A stretch of 57,908 nt of DNA from Actinomycetota bacterium (lineage in GTDB: Bacteria > Actinomycetota > Aquicultoria > JACQXZ01). The DNA lies in assembly GCA_016208465.1 (NCBI GenBank), contig JACQXZ010000031.1, positions 1-57,908 of the forward strand. The letters are read 5' to 3'. Position 1 is the stretch's first letter. Every line of letters begins with the position of its first letter. The translations under genes were made by a program, and so were the position numbers. Positions 51,417-57,908 of the stretch are shown here, piece by piece. A model generated the notes under the pieces. The model was not told the origin of the DNA and searched no databases. It saw only the letters and a list, made by a program, of their open reading frames with translations.

Positions 51417-51613
51417 AATAAGTTTAAAATCAAAAATAAAAAGTCAAAAATCAAATTGACAAATCAAAATTCAAAAATAAACCAAAGAGCAAGGGGGTCT
51501 TTTAAGAAAAAGATAGCTATTCATCAGTCTTTCGCATATTTACTTTGAAAGGCAAAGATTAATTTTACATTTTAATATGTATTTTTGATTTTTGATTTTT
51601 GATTTTTGATTTC
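51417..51613 (+). repeat. AT-rich ~200-bp dispersed element (family R2), copy 2, with GATTTTT heptamer expansion at its 3' end
   Basis: It aligns with the reverse complement of 770-966. The 3' end carries (GATTTTT)x3.7 at 51587-51612, versus ~2 units in the other copy. It ends 27 nt before the ATPase ATG. Confidence 0.65.
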
Positions 51614-51639
51614 TAAAACTCGATTGTTCAATTTAAACA

Positions 51640-54336
51640 ATGAAAAAGCCAATAAACTTTAAAGGGAGTCCTCTCTTGAATAACACCATTTTATGGCATA
51701 CAAAAAGTGTATCTGAAACCATAAAACAGCTTGAAACAAATATAGAGACAGGGTTAACCCGCGAAAAGATAAAAGAAAAACAAGAAATATTTGGACTAAA
51801 TATTCTTTCGGAAAAAGAAGCAAAAACTCCTTTTAAAATATTTCTTTCCCAATTTGAAGACTTTATCGTCTGGGTTCTTGCTGCGGCTGCTTTTATCTCA
51901 GGGTTTCTCTTAAAAGAATTACTGGACGCTTTGGTTATACTTACAATTTTAATTATAAACGCCATTATAGGATTTGTTCAGGAATTCAAGGCAGAAAAAG
52001 CAATCAGCGCCTTAAAGGAACTTTCTTCCCCTACCGCAAAAGTAATTCGTTCGGGATCGGAAGAAGAAATAAAATCGTCACAGCTTGTTCCGGGCGACCT
52101 GGTTGTTTTAGAGGCAGGCAACCGCGTACCATCTGATGCGCGGCTTGTTGAATCAATAAATTTTTCAGTAGACGAATCTTCTCTCACGGGAGAATCAGAG
52201 CCGGTAAACAAAAAAACAACAGCAATTCCAGCCGAAATTATTCCCTTGGGTGACATTAAAAATATGATATTTATGGGAACAACCGTTGTTCGTGGCAGAG
52301 GAAAAGCCATTGTGGCGTCGACTGGTCAGCAAACCGAAATGGGAAAAATCGCAGAAATGATGCAGTCTGCGCCTGAAAAGAAAACTCCTCTTCAAATAGA
52401 GCTCAAAAAGGTTGGAAAGAAAATTGCTTTTATCTGTCTGGCTGTTTGTGTAATCGTTTTTATTTCAGGGGTGCTCCGGGGATATTCTGCCGCCCAAATG
52501 TTTCTGGCTAGCGTCAGCTTGGCGGTAGCCGCTATACCAGAAGGACTGCCAGCGATTGTAACAGCGTCTTTTGCCATTGGCGTACAAAGAATGGCAGACA
52601 AAAATGCTATCTTAAGAAAGCTCCATGCCGTAGAAACTCTCGGCTCAACTACTACTATTTGCACCGACAAAACAGGGACGTTAACACAAAACAAAATGGC
52701 GGTCGAGTTAATTCATGTCAATAACCAGCTTTTTGAAATTGAAAAAACACAAGAAATCGAAAAATCAGAAAGTTTTCATCTGTTATTAAAGATTTCTGCT
52801 TTATGCAATGATGTTCGCAAAGATGTAAACAACCAGTTGATTGGCGATCCAACAGAAACCGCTCTTTTTTCATTCTCTGAATCTTTTGGTTTCCCAAGAG
52901 CAAACCTTGAAAAAAACTACCCCCGGGTGGGAGAAGTTCCTTTTGATTCACATCGTAAAATGATGTCTGTTGTCAATAAAAACAATGGAGAAATCTTTGT
53001 TTTCGTAAAAGGCGCCCCTGAGCAGATTTTAAACCGTTGTTCGTCTGTCCTTGCGAATAATTCAATAATAAAAATCTCCAAGGAACAAATTAAAGAAATT
53101 CTTAGCTTAAACAATGAAATCGCGGAAGATGCTTATAGGACAATTGCTTTTGCGTATAAAAAACTCGATTCTATTCCTGCCCAGATAAATGAAGACACAT
53201 GCGAAAATGAACTTATTTATGTTGGACTGGCCGCCCTTTTAGACTCGCCCAGACCTGAAGTTTATGAAGCAATAAAATTGTGCAAAAACGCCCATATAAA
53301 TATTATCATGGTAACCGGCGACCATAAACTAACTGCCCGCGCAATTGGAAATGAGATTGGGCTTCTAGGTAAAGACAAAAAAATCATTGACGGCGAAGAA
53401 CTGGAGCCACTAAGCGAAGAAGCGCTTAGTGAAAAAATTCATCAGATTGGTGTTTTTGCCCGAGTCGCGCCGGCTCATAAGGTAAAAATAATTAAAAGTC
53501 TGAAGCTTAAAAATGAAATTGTCGCAATGACCGGAGACGGCGTAAATGACGCTCCTGCGATTAAAAACGCCGACGTGGGAATTGCAATGGGGAAAGTCGG
53601 CACAGACGTAGCGAAAGAAGCTTCTGATATGATTCTGGCAGATGATAATTTTGCAACCATAGTTTCCGCAATAAAAGAAGGTCGTTTAATATTTGACAAT
53701 ATAAAAAAGTTTATATTATTTCTTCTTTCCTGCAATATGAGCGAAGTTTTAACAATGTTTATCGCTATGTTGATTGGCTTACCTTTGCCCTTGCTTCCCA
53801 TTCAAATTTTATGGATAAACCTTGTGACAGATGGTCTTCCTGCCATTGCGCTTGGGCTAGATCCTGCTGATCCTGAAATTATGAACAGACCGCCAAGAAA
53901 ATTGGAAGAAGGTTTGCTTACCAAAAAAAGACAACTTGATCTATTCGTTCAAGGATTTCTGCTTACAATCGGTTCGCTTTCTTCTTTTGTGGTCGCATTA
54001 AATATAATGGGGGCAGGATTGGAAAAAGCGCGCACAGTTATTTTTGCGACACTGGTTTTCTCTCAATTGTTCCATTCTCTTAGCTTCAGATCAGAATCAA
54101 AAACCTTATTAAGCAAAAATTCTTTTCTTAACCCATTTCTTTTTTTAGCAATCGGAGGCGCCGTAATTCTTCAGCTTGGAATTACCAGTGTTTCTTTTCT
54201 ACAGCCGATTTTTCATACATCAACGCTTCAACTAAAAGACTGGCTTTTAGTTCTTTCTGCTTCGTTTGCTTCTGTAATAGCAATTGATATAATAAAGACC
54301 ACAAAAATAACGGATAGATTTTATAGATCAAATTAA
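51640..54336 (+). CDS. P-type cation-transporting ATPase (P2-type, Ca2+/SERCA-PMCA-like)
   Basis: It has CTDKTGTLT (phosphorylation site), TGES, MVTGDH, TGDGVNDAPAIKNADVGIAMG and 10 TM segments. An alternative start is the TTG at 51676, with AAAGGGAG 7 nt upstream. Confidence 0.92.
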   Translation: MKKPINFKGSPLLNNTILWHTKSVSETIKQLETNIETGLTREKIKEKQEIFGLNILSEKEAKTPFKIFLSQFEDFIVWVLAAAAFISGFLLKELLDALVILTILIINAIIGFVQEFKAEKAISALKELSSPTAKVIRSGSEEEIKSSQLVPGDLVVLEAGNRVPSDARLVESINFSVDESSLTGESEPVNKKTTAIPAEIIPLGDIKNMIFMGTTVVRGRGKAIVASTGQQTEMGKIAEMMQSAPEKKTPLQIELKKVGKKIAFICLAVCVIVFISGVLRGYSAAQMFLASVSLAVAAIPEGLPAIVTASFAIGVQRMADKNAILRKLHAVETLGSTTTICTDKTGTLTQNKMAVELIHVNNQLFEIEKTQEIEKSESFHLLLKISALCNDVRKDVNNQLIGDPTETALFSFSESFGFPRANLEKNYPRVGEVPFDSHRKMMSVVNKNNGEIFVFVKGAPEQILNRCSSVLANNSIIKISKEQIKEILSLNNEIAEDAYRTIAFAYKKLDSIPAQINEDTCENELIYVGLAALLDSPRPEVYEAIKLCKNAHINIIMVTGDHKLTARAIGNEIGLLGKDKKIIDGEELEPLSEEALSEKIHQIGVFARVAPAHKVKIIKSLKLKNEIVAMTGDGVNDAPAIKNADVGIAMGKVGTDVAKEASDMILADDNFATIVSAIKEGRLIFDNIKKFILFLLSCNMSEVLTMFIAMLIGLPLPLLPIQILWINLVTDGLPAIALGLDPADPEIMNRPPRKLEEGLLTKKRQLDLFVQGFLLTIGSLSSFVVALNIMGAGLEKARTVIFATLVFSQLFHSLSFRSESKTLLSKNSFLNPFLFLAIGGAVILQLGITSVSFLQPIFHTSTLQLKDWLLVLSASFASVIAIDIIKTTKITDRFYRSN

Positions 54337-54442
54337 ATGATTCTTCTATAGTCGCCGCCCACAAGGGGCGGCGCTACAAACAAATAATGGAACGAAAAAC
54401 AAAAACTAGTAGCGTCAGGGCTTATCCCCCGACGGAAAAGAT

Positions 54443-54898
54443 TTGCCGAAGAAAGGCGTGATTCCTATTTATTTATTAAAATATTTCATCATTACAATTC
54501 TTCCATGGATAGAACTGCGAGGAGCTATTCCTTTAGCCATAAAAAATAATGACGCTTTGGCCGTTCCGCTAATTATTTTTTCAAATATGCTGATTTTTTT
54601 TCCTGTTTATTTCGGAATGGAACTGGTTTACGAACACATAAAACCAACATCGTTCATTAAAAGAAAACTGGAAAAAACAAGAGAAAAAGCAAAACCCTAT
54701 GTTGAAAAATACGGGGTTCTCGGTCTTTTGGTCTTTGTCGCAATTCCACTTCCCGGAACAGGGGCATACGCAGGATCAGCCGCTGCGTGGCTGCTTAATT
54801 TAAGCTGGAAAAAATCAGTTTTCGCTGTTGCGGGAGGAGTTCTTGTAGCAGGAATAATCGTTCTTGTTTTAAGCAAAGGATTTGCATTAGTTTTTTAG
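54443..54898 (+). CDS. small membrane protein, putative small multidrug export family (COG2426/PF06695-like)
   Basis: It has the ELRGAIPLAI motif and 4 TM segments, 151 aa. The family assignment is from memory. Confidence 0.65.
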   Translation: MPKKGVIPIYLLKYFIITILPWIELRGAIPLAIKNNDALAVPLIIFSNMLIFFPVYFGMELVYEHIKPTSFIKRKLEKTREKAKPYVEKYGVLGLLVFVAIPLPGTGAYAGSAAAWLLNLSWKKSVFAVAGGVLVAGIIVLVLSKGFALVF

Positions 54899-55861
54899 GC
54901 TAGGTGTTTTGGTTCCAGTCTTTCTCTCCTGTAACGACAGCTCTATAATGCGTTCGATCAAATCAGAAAATTCTATCCCCATAGCTTTTGCCGCTTCGGG
55001 ATAAAGGCTGAATTCTGTCATTCCCGGAATCGTGTTAACCTCCAGAACATAGACGCCTTCCTCGGAAACAATCAGATCTACTCTTGAAAAAACCCTGCAG
55101 CCTAAAGCATTGTGCGCCCTAAGAGCAAAGTCTCTGCATTTTTCCTGCTGGCTCCCTGAGATACGCGCTGGGACTATGTGCTCACTGCCGCCGGGAGAAT
55201 ACTTGGCTTCATAATCGTAAAAATCTTTTTTGGGAACAATCTCAAGAACCGGAAAATCAACTGGGTCATCGTTGCCCAAAATGCCCACGGTTACTTCTTT
55301 TCCTTTAATGAACTGCTCAAGCAAAATATGATTATCAAAATCAAATGCCTTTTTTGCGGCTTCCAAGAATTCGCCCTTGTTGTTTACAATGTTAATTCCA
55401 ATAGCAGAACCTTCTGAAACAGGCTTCACAACAAAAGGTGAGCCCAATTTTTCTTTTGCCTCTTCAAAAAACAAACACAATTTATTCTCGTCCTTATAGT
55501 CTTTTTTGGATATAGCAAGAAATAACGGTGTGTTTATATTTTCATAACTAAACAATTTTTTAGCAATTAATTTATTCATTCCCAAAGCGCTGGCTAAAAT
55601 TCCTGAGCCAGTATATGGTATATCCATTATGTCAAGCATCCCTTGAACGGTCCCATCTTCTCCCCATCTGCCATGAAGCGCAATAAAAACTAAATCTACA
55701 TTTTCTTTTTTAATTTTTTCCCATGCATTCTCATCAAGATTAACTTTTACAGCATTGTGGCCATTTTTTGCAAGAGCATTAAAGATTTGTTCGCCTGTCA
55801 TTAAAGAAATTTCTTTTTCGGCAGATTTTCCGCCCATTAGAACAGCAATTTTTTTACCCAA
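54887..55861 (-). CDS. ddl: D-alanine--D-alanine ligase (second paralogue)
   Basis: HGRWGEDGTVQGMLD, VVKPVSEGSAIGI, YDYEAKYSPG (omega-loop Tyr retained) and EVNTIPGMT are present. It has a ~14-aa C-terminal tail. Confidence 0.9.
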   Translation of the reverse strand: MGKKIAVLMGGKSAEKEISLMTGEQIFNALAKNGHNAVKVNLDENAWEKIKKENVDLVFIALHGRWGEDGTVQGMLDIMDIPYTGSGILASALGMNKLIAKKLFSYENINTPLFLAISKKDYKDENKLCLFFEEAKEKLGSPFVVKPVSEGSAIGINIVNNKGEFLEAAKKAFDFDNHILLEQFIKGKEVTVGILGNDDPVDFPVLEIVPKKDFYDYEAKYSPGGSEHIVPARISGSQQEKCRDFALRAHNALGCRVFSRVDLIVSEEGVYVLEVNTIPGMTEFSLYPEAAKAMGIEFSDLIERIIELSLQERKTGTKTPSLKN

Positions 55862-55904
55862 TATTTCCTCATTCCTCCTCTATCTCAATTCTCTATCTCT
55901 AAGC

Positions 55905-57254
55905 TCAATGTCCGCTTACTACCATCTTGCTTATTTTGACCGAAGGAGCGCCATAGTTTCCTCCCATAGGAAAAAACCTCAAATCATTGCCTGTCATCTC
56001 TATGTCAAAAAGCAGCTCTTTTAAATTTCCCGCTATTGTAACTTCAGCAACAGGCTCCGAAAGCGCTCCTTTTCTTATCCATAAACCTTTTGCCCCTACT
56101 GAAATTTCGCCAGTAACCGGATTTGTCCCCGAATGCATCCCCTGCAGATCCATAACATAAAATCCGTTGTCAACGCTTGATATGATTTCTTCTTTCGAAA
56201 ACTCACCGGCTCCCAGATAAAAATTTGTAGGAGCAACCCCCGGCGTGTCCCCATAAGAACCTCTTGAAGCATTTCCCGTAGATTCCAATGCATCCTTTCT
56301 CGCCGAGTAAGTATTATGTAAAAATTTAACCAGCTTTCCCTTCTCAATAATTACATTTCTCCGCCGGGGAACCCCTTCGTCATCAAAAGGAGATGAAGCA
56401 AGCCCGTCTTTCATCGTTCCATCATCAGTAAGATTAAATTCACTAACAGCAACATCCTGATTTAGTTTTCCTGTAAAAATTGATCTTTGTTTCTGAACAG
56501 AGTCTCCCGAAACAGACGAAGCCAGCATGCTCAATATCTGAACGGTAACTATCGGATCAAAAACAACAGGCGCTTTTATAGGAGAAACAGTCTTTGCTCC
56601 CAGCAAAGCAGTTGCTCTACAAACAGCCTCTTCGCTTATTTTTGAAACATCGAGATCCTTTATCGCCCTACTCTCCCCAAAAGAGTACCCTGTTTGAGGC
56701 GCGCTATTGTCTTCTGCTATAACAGACAAAAAAAGACCGCAGGCAGAACTTTTGTATTTATCAGAAAACCCTTTAGAGTTAACCAAAAAAATCTCTTTAA
56801 CTGCTTCGCCGTAAGAAACGTGTTCTGATGTTTTTATTCTAGGGTCTGCGTCTAAGGCTTTTTGTTCAAGGCTAAACGTGATATCAATTTTTTTCTCTAA
56901 AGGATAGTTTTCTATTTCTTCTCTATATAAATCAAGCTGCTCATAGGAGGTATTTCTTTCAGGCAAACCATTTGCTTCATCTGGCTTTGTCTGGACTGAC
57001 ATTTCTATCGCGGCTATCAATGTTTTGTCTATATCATCTTTTTCAGTTCCAGAGGTAAAAGCATATCCCATCCTTTTGTCTTTAAACACCCTTATCCCGC
57101 AACCACAGGAGTTGGACAACAGCAAAGATTCGATCTTTGCTCTATGCGCTTTTATTTTTAAACCACTGCTTTTCTGAAAAAAAACCTCCACTTCGTCTGC
57201 GCCTTTTTTTAGTCCTTTTGCTGTTATCTCGCTTAATTTGTCAAAAACACTCAT
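55905..57254 (-). CDS. pmbA: PmbA/TldE-family metalloprotease subunit
   Basis: 449 aa. The TldD/PmbA fold lacks an HExxxH motif and has a PmbA-like C-terminus (GAPSVKISKMVVSG). It lies directly downstream of tldD. Confidence 0.85.
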   Translation of the reverse strand: MSVFDKLSEITAKGLKKGADEVEVFFQKSSGLKIKAHRAKIESLLLSNSCGCGIRVFKDKRMGYAFTSGTEKDDIDKTLIAAIEMSVQTKPDEANGLPERNTSYEQLDLYREEIENYPLEKKIDITFSLEQKALDADPRIKTSEHVSYGEAVKEIFLVNSKGFSDKYKSSACGLFLSVIAEDNSAPQTGYSFGESRAIKDLDVSKISEEAVCRATALLGAKTVSPIKAPVVFDPIVTVQILSMLASSVSGDSVQKQRSIFTGKLNQDVAVSEFNLTDDGTMKDGLASSPFDDEGVPRRRNVIIEKGKLVKFLHNTYSARKDALESTGNASRGSYGDTPGVAPTNFYLGAGEFSKEEIISSVDNGFYVMDLQGMHSGTNPVTGEISVGAKGLWIRKGALSEPVAEVTIAGNLKELLFDIEMTGNDLRFFPMGGNYGAPSVKISKMVVSGH

Positions 57255-57280
57255 CTTGCCTCCATCTTTTATGTTCTCGT

Positions 57281-57908
57281 CTAAGCTTCTGTTCCGCCAA
57301 CAACCAATTCAGATATTCTAAGTTGAGGTTGTCCGCATCCAACCGGCGCTTCCTGATCTTCTTTGCCGCACGTTCCGGGCTTTATTTCTACTTTTTTACC
57401 AACCATATCAATCTTTTCTAAAATATCAGAACCGTTCCCAACAAGAGTTGCTCCTCTCACGGGAATTGAGATTTTTCCGTCTTCAATTAAGTATCCTTCC
57501 GAAACACCAAAAACAAAATCTCCTGTTGCTGGATCAACTTGTCCTCCCCCTAATGTCTTCGCATATAATCCTTTCTTGACGGAGGCAATCATTTCACTAA
57601 GCTCAGAAGAACCTTCTGCAATATAAGTATTGGTCATTCTCGGAATAGGCAGGTTGCGATACGACTGGCGTCTTCCGTTTCCTGTCGACAACACTCCTGC
57701 CTTTGCGGCTGTCAGCCTGCTATGCAAAAAACCCTTTAAAACCCCCTCTTCAATTAATGTCGTCTTCTGGGCGCAGACTCCCTCGTCATCAAACCTGAAT
57801 GAACCCCAGCCATTCTCAATTAACGAGCTGTCAATTGCTGTCACCAGCGGAGATGCGACTTTTTGTCCTATCTTGTCTTTGTAAATTGAAGCGCCTTTCT
57901 GAATAAAA
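57281..57908 (-). CDS. tldD: TldD-family metalloprotease; N-terminal part lies outside the window
   Basis: The C-terminal signature GTCGKEDQEAPVGCGQPQLRISELVVGG is present. My hand translation shows the frame stays open upstream of the track start (57844) to the window edge (...FIQKGASIYKDKIGQKVASPLVTAIDSS). Confidence 0.86.
   Translation of the reverse strand, partial: FIQKGASIYKDKIGQKVASPLVTAIDSSLIENGWGSFRFDDEGVCAQKTTLIEEGVLKGFLHSRLTAAKAGVLSTGNGRRQSYRNLPIPRMTNTYIAEGSSELSEMIASVKKGLYAKTLGGGQVDPATGDFVFGVSEGYLIEDGKISIPVRGATLVGNGSDILEKIDMVGKKVEIKPGTCGKEDQEAPVGCGQPQLRISELVVGGTEA

Noticed and set aside
54353-54373. GC hairpin CGCCGCCC-ACAAG-GGGCGGCG after the P-type ATPase as an intrinsic terminator.
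   Set aside because: It has a strong 8-bp GC stem but no T-tract on either strand. It looks like another repeat-vocabulary word, and I could not support a terminator call.

Overview
This is a 57.9-kb AT-rich bacterial chromosomal window. GC looks mid/upper 30s % by eye; I did not compute it. I call about 52 protein-coding genes, one gene interrupted by an in-frame stop, two tRNAs (Gly-CCC, Arg-CCT) and one M-box (Mg2+) riboswitch.

Gene content:
- a sortase plus an LPXTG surface protein
- a dnaK-grpE-dnaJ-hspR-clpB heat-shock string
- a SigH-like sigma factor
- a ~13-kb chemosensory cluster (2 CheW, 2 MCP, CheA-REC, CheB, CheR-TPR, REC) that also carries two extracytoplasmic partner proteins and ends in a PilB-type ATPase
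- a trkA-trkA-trkH K+ uptake operon with extra small ORFs
- an ABC-2 exporter and an MFS transporter
- an M-box followed by a PRC-barrel MgtE and an Nramp-related (NRMT-like) transporter
- nrdR, two ddl paralogues, and a BrnT/BrnA toxin-antitoxin pair beside tRNA-Arg
- galT, MscS, two NodB-type deacetylases, a class V FBP aldolase/phosphatase, a P-type ATPase, and PmbA/TldD

I saw no CRISPR array, transposase, integrase, prophage or recognisable defence operon.

The most unusual property is non-coding. Almost every intergenic spacer longer than 100 bp is assembled from a small vocabulary of recurring palindromic or low-complexity modules. These include a ~115-bp GTCACAAG palindromic element (8 copies or fragments), a ~200-bp AT-rich element, and a 163-bp element present at ~97% identity in two places, one of them wedged between the M-box and mgtE. 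There are also several hairpin words, plus one ~140-bp element that folds on paper into a long stem with a three-way junction.

Other points worth a second look:
- an A16 tract at the domain boundary of cheR
- an in-frame TAA in apbE
- divergent pore motifs in MgtE
- small tightly coupled ORFs in the trk operon

Lineage cannot be assigned from this window. SigH, sortase/LPXTG, the M-box and HspR give it a Firmicutes/Terrabacteria-like flavour. All protein calls rest on my reading of the supplied translations and remembered family motifs; no database search was run.
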